A stretch of 61,867 nt of DNA, the filler included, from Platydemus manokwari (lineage: Eukaryota): the NCBI GenBank assembly GCA_037951405.1. It is 5 parts of 5 records of this genome, joined end to end, with 100 filler letters (N's around TTAATTAATTAA, not from the genome) between each part and the next. Parts side by side here need not be neighbours in the genome. Positions count along the whole stretch, not along the records: positions 24,409 to 35,406 come from JBBMOY010987749.1; positions 35,507 to 49,560 come from JBBMOY011545856.1; 3 more parts are not named here. One strand, written 5' to 3'. Below the pieces are notes generated by a model. That model saw only the letters and a list, made by a program, of their open reading frames with translations. It made no database searches and had not been told where the DNA came from. The translations under genes and the position numbers were made by a program. This document shows, one piece after another, positions 27,270 to 40,479 of the stretch (the stretch's first letter is position 1; each line of letters opens with the position of its first letter).

Positions 27270-29875
27270 TTATACCTTCGATGGGTAATACGTTCCTGGG
27301 CCGGGTTTCAATGTATTGTCACCGGGTAATTGATTTCTACCTCCCATTGTTACACTGGGTAATTTTGTTTTGTATGTGGAAAAATCTGGAATACTATACG
27401 TTCCTGGACCCGGAGTCTGATAATTTTCAAGATGTAAATTAATGTATTTATACTGTTTATTACATCGACTAACTTTTTTCAAATCTTCACTGAATCCGCC
27501 GATCTTACTTCTTGGAAGTAAAGTATAACTGGGAGCACTTGGTTTTTCACTTCTGAAAGTTTTTGAAAGCATTGGATCCATTAAATACACATTTGGTGCT
27601 GTAAAATATTTTTTATAAAACGTAATTAATCGATAAATTTTAGTATTGATAATTATTTTTTTTTAATATTTCTTTTAATATTCTATAAATTATTTTCGTT
27701 CTCGTTGATATAATATTTGAACATTTTTTATTTCCTTTGACAATTCGGATAAGTAGATGTAATATTGAAGAAGAGAAATCAATATTCAAGTATTGTTGTG
27801 ATGATTTGATATTTTATGGAGCTTGATTGAATGATAAAATATTTGAAAAATATTTAACTCAAGCATTAATTATTTCCTTTTACAATGGCAGAGATTTTAG
27901 ACACTAACGTTAGTACAAGTGTGTTTTATTATCTATATTTTTAGATGCGAGTAGAGTTATATTATCACATAATATTGTCTAGGAATGAATAATAAATCTA
28001 AAACATTATTAATATAATCCTTTTTAAATTTATATTCAATATTATTCTTAATAAAAATAAAACCAACGTTATCGGGGTAATTTATTAGGCTGCAATTCCA
28101 TTTATTTAAAACAATACCTTTCTGATACGTTTCTGAAAAAGCTATTTCTGTGATATACAAAGAAAACTGATAGACAAAAACCATCGAGCATATTTACATC
28201 AATCAACAGAAATTTAACAAAATGTCAAAGCGGTAAATAAAGCAATTTTACTTGTCACGCTAATTATTCTTTTATCAAATGATGTTTCGCAATCATAGTG
28301 TTTTTACAGAGTTGAGATCTATTAATTCTAATTTTCATTTAGAATATCATTCATTCAACCAGTCGGGACACACATACAATAGCATATGAAATTACTTCCT
28401 GCAAGTCAATCACCAACGAGATCGGTTAGGTACACGACGAAAACATTATAAAAATCGATTGAAATAGGATAATTACCATTATAAAATAGATGTCTATTAG
28501 ACAAAAAAAATGAAAAGCAAATGAGAAAACTAGACAAGAGTATATATATTAAGTCACTGTTTAGCGGCATGTATCAACAATGATTCCAACGTTTAAAACT
28601 TGTTTCCCACACATATTGTCCCGCTCGTACGATTGTTTGATGGGAATTACAATTAACTACATTAATTGTTATCAATTGTTAATGTTTGTTTTATATTCCT
28701 TTGAATAAAATGGATAAACTTTTATTAGAAAAGATGAATATCTTCAGAAGCATTGGTGTATTATCTTGCATGTATTCGACATTAATAGATATTTCAGATC
28801 AGAAACACAAACCTCTTCTACTACTTGAAATGGATTTCGTGTAAAATTTTAATCCACATCAAACCGCTATATATATGGGGGAAATATCTTCATTTATTAA
28901 AATGCAAAATACAAATATCTATTCTGCAATTCCTCACGATTATAAACAAATTTGAATAATGCCTTATATTAATAACGTCTTATATTAAAAAATATATTGC
29001 TGAAAAGAGGCTCAAATAATCTTGATTTAAACTAACGAAATCGCTTGGTAACCATTAAAGATTTCTTTAATAAATTTAAATCCTTGAATGATCAACAAAG
29101 ATGTCTTCATGGTGAAAACATTTTCATTAGTCAAAGCTGAAATTATTCTAATACATTTAAACAAAAATTATTTTCAGTAATTAAAACAAAAGATATCTAA
29201 GAGTTTGGCCAATACAAAAGAATTTATCAATTTTTCTAATTAAATTAAAAATACTTTTTTTTCTAATTTGTGGATAAAATTAAATTTTTGAATAAAATTG
29301 AAACCCCCCCTCAGTTTAGCCATTTTAAACATACATCGATTTATTTGAATGAATTGTTTAAATAACTATTTTAACAAAAATTAATAATTTAGAAAAAGTT
29401 CTTTTTATTTTTGAAACTATTTCTTGAACTATAGGAAGAGGGAAAATTTCCCTCAAATGAGAATACTCTGGAAATATATTTATTTACCTGGATTATTATT
29501 TGCAGGTTGAGCAGGCCTTTTTAGCCCGAAAGAATACGCTGGAGAACTTTTCCATGTTCTCGGTATGGCTTTTTCATATGTGTATCTGCTGGGATCAGGA
29601 GTCATATCACTTTCAATACAAGGTGGTCGAGAATGTAATGAAAATGCGTAACTTGTTGCTTGACCTGTGCGTAACAGATTTGGATCGACAAGATATGCTG
29701 GTCCAGGACCAGAGTCTTCTCTTAATTTTGCATATTTATCCCCTAAAACCCATGCTGGTGCTCTTTTATATGAAGAACGTGGATCATGACTTTGTCTGCC
29801 AATTAATGTTGGAAGAGGATAAACCGGTCCTGGACTAGTATACTCTGCACCAATTGGCCCTCTTCTTTTAGTCAT
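27270..29875 (-). CDS. ODF3: ODF3 / SHIPPO (STPGR) repeat ciliary protein; exons 29875-29488, 27598-27474, 27416-27270
   Basis: RGPIGAEYTSPGPVYPLPTLIG..HDPRS..RAPAW start; repeated PGPxxY / APSYS motifs; GGFSEDLKK|TPGPGTY and PGDNTLKPGPG match ODF3. GT-AG introns are phase-consistent. Confidence 0.9.
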
Positions 29876-31478
29876 TTAATTTTCAAGTTTAAATTTATTT
29901 TTCTATTTAAAACTACCTATTACTGCTTTTATATATAGTATATGAATTCTATAAAATCACCTAGGTGATAAATGACCTTCATATATTCAAACAAATTTCG
30001 AAAATATTTAATTAAACTATATTTTGGACATTAATACAATTATTAATTTATAAAGATTATTTTAGAATGAATTATATATTTTGCAATTTTCTTATAATAA
30101 GATTAAAGTTAGTTTTAAAAGACATCATGTATGTATGAAAATTAACTATAAAGAAAACTATGTTTTAAATTCAATTTGGAGATCATTTTAAACGAATTTC
30201 AGTGTTTAATAAAAATTAAAACAATGATAAAACAATTAAGGTATAAATATAAATTTAAGTTATTGCTTTTTAAAGTAATTTAGTTATAATTTGTCAAATT
30301 TTTTAATTCAAAGCTATTTGACCAAGTATAGACTGCATTTCCTATAAATATTTCAAAATTAAGCGGCTTTACTTCTCAACCATATTATCACAGACTTTTA
30401 AAAGAAATCATTTATTTCAATTATTAATAATCATCTAATATAATTTAAAAGTATAATAAACATTTTGTTTTAAGTCAAAAATATCTTTAGAAAAAAATCC
30501 GATCTGTTGATTTTGTTGTATAATCTATATCATAAAAAAATTAGATTCTATTATGATTTGGTCTGTTTTATTAAATAATATGATATGTATGGAGACATAT
30601 AAATATCATAGCATGAGTGAAAGATATGAAAGGTATTTGTTGAAGATTTGGTAAAATTCAAAAATGGTGCCATAGTAATCGATGAATACAAGGTTTTAAT
30701 AATCACTTACTATTTTCAGTCTAAAAAACTAAGTCTGGTTAAATGTTTTTTTGTTAAAAATTCGATATAATAAATCAAAATTATTTAAACTATAGTTTCC
30801 TTGAAAATATTTTAAATCATATATTCTTGAATTAATTTTTAAAAATGTATGGGAGGAGCAGTATTATTAATATAACAATAATGCCCTATCATCTAAGCTC
30901 TAGTAAGCACCTTTCAACAAAAATGACAGTTCTAAAACTGATGTTGGTTTTAAAACTTTACGAGAAGATAAAAATTAATTGTTGGTATACATTTAATCAA
31001 AATAACAAGGTATTTATGCCTAGATTCGGATTAATTGTTGGATAATAAATATCTTCTTAAATAAGTGTTTCTATCAAAGAATTCACCATCAAATATCGAA
31101 TGAATTCTTCACTAAATAAACTTGTACATGTTCAATTTTATAGCACATTTTAAAATTCACACGGCTGATTGTGGAACATGTTTAGCAGCTTGTGACCTTT
31201 TGAATTAATTACTGTTTTCGACTTCTATTTTGTGTCTGATGCAGAGTGTAACCAATTTTGTTTGTCTCCTTGTTCCAACTGGTTTTTTGTCATAAGCCAA
31301 TAACTATTGTCATTAAGATTTTTTTATTTACTCTTTCTGGGTTGATGAAATCCAATTTATGACTTCTTTATCTATTTTTCTATTAAAGATTTTCTAAAAT
31401 AGTAATATTTATTGTACATAAGAATTATTGATTCAAGACCCGGTGGGAATAAAACCTCGGGCTGATTTGAATAGTTAA

Positions 31479-32371
31479 ATGTTTTTGTATAATTTTTCTT
31501 ATAGAAGAGTTTATTTTTCTTCCAATTTCTGCAGATTCAAAAAATTGGATTTTTATAATATTTTTATTGGGTTGAAATTTGTTTTGCTGGTTTTGTTTTG
31601 AACGTTTTACTACTGGTCTGGATGCATAAATATCCAAAGGAAATCGTTGGTCGACGAAAATCATATCAAACAATAAGAAAAGTGTTGACAATGGCAGATT
31701 TATATACTGGATTGTCACATGTTGCAATTTCGATCATTTGGTTCTCGAATATTAAGAGAACATATATCTCGACCATCACAGTTATAATAAATCGAACAGG
31801 ATATACGTGTGAGCTGTTCATATGTAATATTATAGCACTTGATCGATTGATAGCAATTGTCAAACCGGTAGCAGTTTGGTGGAATAAGAAAGCGGTTTTA
31901 TTGATTTTCTTTATTTTTATTCTCGTGTTTATATTAGGTGTTGAATTGGTTTATAATGTCATTTTATTTAAGCATTACTCTAATAATTTCATAGGATTAT
32001 CTGCCATGCCAGAAATAAATCATTATTACAGAATTGTTTTAATTATTTGTGGTTTGTTTAATATTATAATATATTTGGCGATTTGTGTGATATTTGTGTG
32101 GAGATCTAAACGAAATCATCAGATCGATGATAGTCAAAACACAAGAAATGCCATCAAGCTTACTTTGGTATCGTTTGAAATCACAGTGGTTTATATCTTG
32201 CTACTCACGCCTACAGTGTTGATAATGTTTGATTATTATCCTCCAGGCATTGATTATGTTTTATCGATATCATATTTAAATCCTCTCTCTAACTTTATCA
32301 TCTTTAGCATTCATAATCAATTTTTAAGACAGAAATTATTGTGTAGAAGAAATATTATCAATAGTAATTAA
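31479..32371 (+). CDS. Intronless rhodopsin-class (class A) orphan GPCR; the start needs a +1 T at 31561-31565
   Basis: Seven hydrophobic segments with AGFVLN (TM1), LTMAD (TM2), IALDRLIAIVKP (DRY-like), a TM6 Pro and LNPLSNFIIF (TM7). The receptor frame is closed by TAA at 31556; the nearest ATG (31479, MFLYNFS) is in another frame. Confidence 0.8.
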
Positions 32372-33548
32372 ATCAATAAAACAATGAATAATATATTATC
32401 AATAAAATCGTATGGAACACAAATATTATCGATTATTGATTTTTCATTGATTTTCCATTGATTATTCATGTATTTATTATTAGATTAATTTGTTCATGAA
32501 AATATAATGTTATTTATTGACTTTTACATTGAATCGATTATTGTGATGAATAAAATATAATTTTGTAAAAATAATTTTAATATTTTTTCAATTATTATTA
32601 TTAATATTATTTAGTTTAATAAAATTATTTTAATAATAATAATGATTATTATTATTAATGAATAAATGAAAATGATTTATTTCTATTTTTAGCTTTTAAA
32701 CTTCAATTTGATAAAGCTTTAATTAGTTATTAATTTTATCATTAATTTATTCGTCTTTAAGATTTGATATTAATTTTGTATGAATTGAATAAATTGTGTT
32801 GATAATTAGCATACGAATTAATAAATTAAAAAATATCCCTCTAAATGATATCTTAATTTCAGTTAATAACATGAATTGAAAACAGTACATATGAAAACGA
32901 ACACTCAATCTATCGAATCATTTTAGAATTACAAAATGAAGACATTCCATTGATTATGATATAAAAGAAAGCAAATCATTTCTACAAATCAAATAAATAT
33001 ATTCTTGATTAAATTGATTGATAAAAACGTTTGGGTCTAGATTCTAGACACTGAAACAGAGAAAAGAGAAAGAGATTAAACAATTCAAAGTTACAGGAAA
33101 CAGCACTCAGTAATGGCATAACCATCAATCGGAAGAAAGAAACAAATATTAAATGGAGCATAATTGTGGAGATAATAAACAGAAATAATTATTTGTTATT
33201 AAAAACTTAATCTCTGGAGTCATTGAACAATAAAAAATCTAATGAGTTTCAATTTTATAAAATATCCGCAAATATTTCGACAAGTGAAATATAATGGTCT
33301 CGGACCGCAAGAGATGAGAGTATGAGAATAATAATTCTACATTTATGCATTATTATCATAAAATATTTAATGCAAATTTCAGAGGATTTAAATATATTAA
33401 TAAATTTTAATAAATCAGAACAGAGCAAAATATAAAATTTGAGCAAATCATTTTTCAATGTTTAGGAATATAAAATAACATAATATAAGCTGCTGTGTTT
33501 GATTCAAGATTGGTGTGGTAGTTTTTTTTGAATTCATAATACCATGTA

Positions 33549-35260
33549 CAGTCAACCGGGTTAATATGAATATAGGTCAATGTGAACATTTAAGTCAAAG
33601 ATTACTGGAAATCATATAGTTTTCATAGGAAATTATGTTTGATAATACGAACACTATTTATTTTGAACAATGAACAGAAAATCGTGCCAAATAAATCAAT
33701 AAGTTATACAAAAATTATTTAAATATTTAATTTTTTACTGTCTTTTATGAACATGAAAAATACAAATTCGAAACGAAAGAGAAAGGATATAAGTACCGAA
33801 AAGAAATTGTTAAAATTATTCGATGAAGATAAAGATAATTCTCCACACTTTCTTTCATCAAAATATAATCTTTTATTAGGCTGCATAAATTATCTAATGA
33901 AATATAAAGACTCCATTTTGAATCCAAACGTGAATACCAAACAAAAACAAAAAACATATTTACGTAGTGGATATCAAGTTGATGCCATCATCTATGAATG
34001 GTTTCAGATCCAGAGGACAAGAAATATCAATGTCAGTAGTGATATACTACAACGAAAGGTATTAGAATTTCCAAACCACTAAGGAAATCATGACTTTAAA
34101 GTATTGAATGGTTGACTTAATTCTTTTCTTTCCAGCATATAATATCATTGAAAAGATTTATTGGGGAATCTAAAACTGTAGATGCGAGATAAGTTTTTAA
34201 TTTTAAGGAATTGTATATGAAAAAGTTAAAAGAATATGAAGATAGAAACATTTATAATTGTGACAAAACTGGACTGTTCTGGGAAAGCTCATTAAACAGA
34301 ACATATGCAATTTCTAAAGAAGATAAGGCAAACGGTATTTTTTCTAAAAATCGACTTACTATACTCTTGGGAGCAAACATGTTAGGAGAAAAATTAAAGC
34401 CTTATTAAAGTCTTAATATCATTGGAATACAAAATCTTGGATGACGTTGGAAATTTTTCAAGATTGGTTAAAATATTGAAACAATATAATGAAACCAGAC
34501 GACCTGAAAATTTTATTATTGTAAGACAACGCATCTATTCACCTGAAAGATTTTGAATTGAGTAAAATCGAATTATTCTTTTTCCTACCAAATACGTCAT
34601 CTTTTATTCAACCTCTTGATCAAGGTATTATAAAAATCTTTAAAGACCATTACAAGAAACTTTCGAGCCTGTCAATGAATTTTAATTTAAATAATACCGT
34701 CACACAAGTGATATGGTGTAAAAAGGTTGATTTATATCGAGCAGTGGTTTGAATTTCAAAAGCATGGCAATGTGTAAAACATGCGACTATTTCTAATTCT
34801 TTTACCGAGTCTTTCGAAAATCTGTATGAAGAAGTGAATACTGAAAGTGATGATTTTCCATGTTTAAAAATTAATCCAAAATTTGACGAATTCCTATTGT
34901 TTAATTTAGTGGCAAAGTATGCAAATGAAGAAACAATTGTTAATTCTGTTGAAGAGGTGGAAGAAGATACAGTAATAACAGGATTTGAACCCAATGACTA
35001 TGCAATAAAATTTGAAAATTACTTCCAGTCTAATATTCCTGATAAGATGAACAAATATGGGATTTGATTGAAGAAATTCAAGGAGAAAAAGACAACTGAA
35101 AATCACAGACTTTATTATGTGTCAAAGAAATAAAAATTGCTATAAATAAGTCTAATAAATACTTTTTTTGCGAAATGTCTGATATTGTTATGTTAGTATT
35201 ATTTATAATATGAACATTTGAAAAAATTGGACCAGTGTTCACATTGAACAGGGTTGACTG
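33549..35260 (+). mobile_element. Full-length inactive pogo/Tigger DNA transposon, 1712 bp
   Basis: TIRs CAGTCAACCGGGTTAATATGAA / TTCACATTGAACAGGGTTGACTG with TA on both sides, enclosing a disrupted transposase. Confidence 0.92.
33747..35130 (+). pseudogene. pogo/Tigger transposase pseudogene (CENP-B HTH plus DDE_1)
   Basis: VDAIIYEWFQIQRTRNINVS, IYNCDKTGLFW, RLTILLGANMLGEKLKP, ILLL*DNASIH, FLPNTSSFIQPLDQGIIKIFK; several stops and frameshifts. Confidence 0.9.
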
Positions 35261-35406
35261 TACTTTGTTTGAAAATGCATCAAGATTCTAATAATAATAA
35301 TAACTATTATTATTAATATCATTATTATTACTATTATTATTAATATTATCACTATCATTATTAGTTTTATTTTTATTTAATAATATTATTACTGTTAATA
35401 TTAAAA

Positions 35407-35506
35407 NNNNNNNNNNNNNNNNNNNNNNNNNNNNNNNNNNNNNNNNNNNNTTAATTAATTAANNNNNNNNNNNNNNNNNNNNNNNNNNNNNNNNNNNNNN
35501 NNNNNN
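35407..35506. other. Assembly spacer N44-TTAATTAATTAA-N44
   Basis: Same six-frame-stop linker. Confidence 0.98.
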
Positions 35507-36098
35507 ATTTATATTGAATGATATTACAAAATTAATTGTTTTTAAGATGTTTTGAATGCTATTAATAATAATATTATTGTCAGAATTAATTATAAATTAT
35601 GTTTAATGCTTATTAAATATTATTGCTAATATTATTTGTCAATATTATTACGCGTTATTTATTTATTATTATTGAAATAATAGAGCAATATATAAACAAA
35701 ATCATTTTATAAATTCATTTAGCATCAATATCTCACCATCTCATTATTTATAAATGAAATTATTTTTTCATTTCCTTCTGCTTCAGTAACATTGATATTG
35801 ATCTATTTGATCACAATTTATAAAATATGCACCAAATTCTTTGGAATTATTATTTCAAAACTGATATTAAAATATCGAAAATATTGATATTTGGTTTGGT
35901 TTGTATGTGATTGGGTTGTTGTGATTTTTAGATTAGAAATAATCCATTTGTAATCAGTGATGTGTAAATATATAATTATTTATTACATAATAATAATAAT
36001 GGTGCTTAATTAAATATTTATTTTAATCATATTTTATTATGCTATTTTGCACTCATCAATCAATAAACTGCACAACTTCAATATCGTTAATATTTCAG

Positions 36099-36181
36099 AA
36101 GAGATTGATCGAGAAAAAGCTAATTATTATCACATCAAGAAAGAATTGGATAAAATGCACGCTGAATATTTTGCTATGTGA
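36099..36181 (+). CDS. Tropomyosin-like terminal exon (exon 9 equivalent), 27 aa
   Basis: TTTCAG acceptor, phase 1, then (E)EIDREKANYYHIKKELDKMHAEYFAM*. Same length, phase and register as tropomyosin exon 9 ([27 protein letters not shown]). Confidence 0.65.
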
Positions 36182-36577
36182 TCCAATGATTATCGAAATT
36201 CGGTTTTTATCGTATTTTAGAATTTATTAACTATTATTATTTACAATAATTTAATTTTTTATGACAAATTTGAAGCAATAATAATTAAATAATAATGATA
36301 TTTAATGTATTTCTCGGAATATTAATGTTAGCTATTAATTGATGATTGATGTTCCGTGTTTGTTATTAGTTGTTTTATTGCTTTATTTTTATTTTCGAAA
36401 TTTTAGTTGGTTTTAAATTGAATCGATTATATTTATTATTCCTGCTAGTTGGATTATATTTTGCCTACCGTGTAAACGATGGAAATGTTTTTCATGTTTA
36501 TTTATTTATGTATGAGCTGATTTGAATTTATTAAGGAATACAAAATGAGTTTTAAACAATCTTATGTCTTTTTAAAC

Positions 36578-37119
36578 ATAATAGTAAAATAATTGAACAT
36601 GAAATTAAAATTTACCATTTGTCTTGGTTTGTGTAGAAAGAGAAGTCATTCCTTGTGCCCTTGATTTGACTCATTTGACTCAGAAAATACCAAATTTCAT
36701 GCTATTCAATGACTAGTTACAATCTACTAATAAATATATAATGGGGGGCAATATATATTCGATGGTAAACAATGTCATGCATAGTTTTATTGGGAGGTCG
36801 TGAAACAGAGCTTCGAATATATAATGTGCAAATTTGAACAATTTCTTTTATGAATATTATAAACAAGTATATTCTAATGGAAACCCATTATTTTGCTATT
36901 TATTGAATTTTACTATTTATGATGATTGGATCTTTGAGCTACTTGTAATAGTTATAATTTCGAAACTTATCGTTCAAAACTGAATAAATAGAACCAAATT
37001 TATAATAGTAAAATAATTGAACATGAAATTAAAATTTACCATTTGATTTGGTTTGTGTAGAAAGAGAAGTCATTTCTAGTGCCCTTGATTTGACTCATTT
37101 GACTCAGAAAATACCAAAT
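36578..37119 (+). repeat. ~118-bp near-identical direct repeat (36578-36695 and 37002-37119)
   Basis: ATAATAGTAAAATAATTGAACATGAAATT...CAGAAAATACCAAAT occurs twice, 424 bp apart, with few substitutions. Confidence 0.9.
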
Positions 37120-37756
37120 GTCATTTTAGCTTATTGAAGTACAACACTAATTCAAATCAATATAAAACTTGATTCCAATTTATGTATTTTTTCACCATGA
37201 TTTTCAATTTATTTTTTCGATTTAGATTGTAATTCGAATTTAATGTATGAAAAATAAGTTCTTAAATTGCGATTTTGATGATTATTATATTTCTGTATAC
37301 GACAGACTAACAAAAATAGTTTTATTTAATTGAGAAAATGAATTCACTTATTTTTACGAAAAGAATTCAATGTCATAATTCTGAGGTCAAGTTAGATTCT
37401 AAAATATGCTTACGAAATTAAAGTTTAAATTTAAGTATAAAGAAATCAAAATAGGTTGGTTTGGAGGAGGACAGTATAACTCATGAAAGACTATTCTTTA
37501 GGATTATAAGCGGGTCATGAAGATACTGTGGCTCATAAAATGAAATTAATTTTTATAATGTAAATATATGTTATTATCATGTAAATTAATTTTTAAATAT
37601 TTATCAAGTCACCAGTGATTAAATTTTCTTCGTGTTGAATAATGATTTAGGTTACATGAAAGATATGTCACTAGGTTTGAAAAATTTTTTATTCAGCTTT
37701 TACAATTAGTAATAAAACTTCCTTACTGTAAGCGGCTACTGATTTATATAAAACAC

Positions 37757-38151
37757 ATCGAAAACGAACTGAAAAGACTCGACATTCAATAAAAATTTAA
37801 ATTCAATATAAAATCAAATTTAATACAACAATAAATTCAATATTAAATTTAATTCAATTCTATACTAATTCAGATTAAATTCAATTTGATATTCTCACAC
37901 CCCCCTTTTTTAAAATCTTTGAATATCCTTGTATTCTTAATTTACATTGTATCGAAAACTCGTAATATTTATCTACGTAAAGCTCTCTTATTCTTCTATC
38001 TTTTATATCTTCTTTATATCGAAAACGAACTGAAAAGACTCGACATTCAATAAAAATTTAAATTCAATATAAAATCAAATTTAATACAACATTAAATTCA
38101 ATATAAAATTTAATTCAAATTCTATACTAATTCAATTTGATATTCTCACAC
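37757..38151 (-). mobile_element. Paired LTR-like direct repeats with a polypurine tract (TRIM-like or collapsed LTR element)
   Basis: Copies at 37757-37900 and 38018-38151. On the minus strand both begin TGTGAGA, and the downstream copy is directly preceded by AAAAAAGGGGGG. Confidence 0.55.
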
Positions 38152-40479
38152 TTACTATGACGAAATATTGAATGAATTTAATTCAGTAAAGATTGTTACT
38201 AAAAATTTTATTAATCACAACTCAACATGAAAATAGCAAATCGAAAGTAAGTTTTATTTTTAACCGAGTCTGGGTTTAAAACCTTTTTAAATATGCATTT
38301 AAATTAGATGACACATGTGATAAAATATAATTCCATTAGTCGAAGGTTAAAACTTTATCCATGATGCAAAACTACAAATTAAATCCTAATTATACGGAAG
38401 AATACATTAACATAATACGTTTTGTCATAATAGTAAATTCATAATCTATGATAAATCAAACGAAATGCCTAAGAAATATAATTTTTATAAGAATTACTCA
38501 GAATATTTGTTTTTATCATTAATCAGTTCTTTTTATATATATTAAAATCATTCTTACAAAACCACTGCCATCCTTATCTTGGTAATCAGTATTTCTCTTT
38601 AAGAACTGTAATCAAATTATTATCTTGTTATTAATATTGATTTAATTAATTCTTTTTACTGTTAACTTTGTTATTTTTCTTATTTTCTGTTAATAATAAT
38701 TTAATTTACTTAGTTCAAAAAATTAAATTGAGTGTTTAACACCAGTATGAGAATTATAAATGTAAGAATGTGTTGAGACGAAAAATATATTCCTATATTA
38801 TCGGTAATCAACCTGTCCATAGCCAGTAGCAAAATCCATACGATCAGTAATCAACAATCGACATTGATATTTGAACTTTTAAAACTTATCTTTTGAAAAA
38901 CATTTGTGATATTTGGCCTAATCTTTTGTGTTTATGATCATATGCAATTCATTTCTTGGAATATTGGTTATCATCTATAAATTCGAATAATTAATAAATA
39001 TTAAAAAAAAATAATTAATGCAGTGCTACGTTTGGGCCTTTTTGATTTTATTGTTTTATTAATCTTATTTCCTTTTGATATCTCTATTGTCCTAATCAGT
39101 CTTTATGAACTCTTGATTAAGGTAACAGGTGTAATCTACCTAATTATGTTTAATCTTCACCAGGTAACATCCTATTTTGTGAATATAATAGGTGTGGCAA
39201 TTGCGATATATCTTAACCATCAGTAATCTTTTAAAATTCCTAATTATGCTGACACTAATGATAATGAGCAATGACTTATAATCCCTATTTAATCAATAAC
39301 TAAGGCTCATTATTATAAATTTTTATTACTAATTAACACTGATAGAAACTGACTAACAAATAAAATAATAATAAATTAAAAATTGATTTTAATAATACAC
39401 TATACATCAACTTATTGATGGTCGTTAACAACTTCTTGGAATAAAACGAAGGTTTATAAACGAAACTCTTGGAACAAAACCAATTACCGAAAGGAATTTG
39501 TGACAGTTCAATAATAAGAGATAAAAGATATTTATAATAAATATCAGTAGTTTATAGAAATATATCTTACTTTAGGGTCTTCCAGTAAAGCACTGAGTAT
39601 ACGGGGAATATTAATTTTCAACACTGGATGGTCTTCTGTCGTGATGTTCTTGAATGTAGAATAACGTGTCCTATCCTGGATTGCAGTTACTTGTAACTAT
39701 GTCTTTAATAATAGACAGTGATGAGTCACTCTTAGATATTCTCTGCAATTAAATTTAATGCAAATGTATTTATTGTTTTTCAGGTTATAATTTATTTATT
39801 GCGGATAGAAATTCTCTCTGATTAAATTTATTATACAGTGAAATATTCTCTTTGATTAAATTTAATCGACTGAATATTTTATTCAGAGACTGTATTTATT
39901 GTGAGCGATAATAGATGGTAATTTATTTGTCAATGTTGTTGAGTGATAATATATTACGGGTTGTTATTTTATGATTTAATCTATTTTATTATTTATGGAA
40001 TTTAACTGGACTTGTTTTAGGTGGCTGCGTATACATTGTGCGTGTGTAGTTAAAATAAATTAAATAATAAATAAGACAAAAATGAAAACAAAAACCGTAT
40101 AAAAATATAAAAAGTATGAAAATGACGCAGATGCAGAACCAATAATAAATATAAACAGAAAATAATCGTAATCAAAACCCTGCAGATAATCAACAACCAA
40201 AAGTGTCAAAAGAAACATAATGAAAAATACGGAAAAATAAGATTTCAAAATAAATAATTTTTTATTACAATTTTTTTCTAATATTTAATATTTTTTCTAT
40301 ATTTTTTCTTATTTTTTTTCTAATTTTTTTTCTAAAATTTAATTCTAAAAAATTTTTTTAGAATTATTTATTATTTTTTTCTGATAAATATTTCGATTTA
40401 ATAGGGACGTTGTTTCTTTGTTGCATCATTTTACCATTGCCGATGTTAAATTCATTTGTAATTCTACAAGAAAGAATTG

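Noticed and set aside
29500-29838. 112-aa plus-strand ORF (also 31425-31727, 31666-31863, 34650-34994, 43501-43713, 48077-48265, 23202-23408)
   Set aside because: Antisense or alternate-frame shadows of real coding sequence.
23134-29875. Vang plus ODF3 as a cilia/polarity gene cluster
   Set aside because: Separated by an assembly spacer, so adjacency is unproven.
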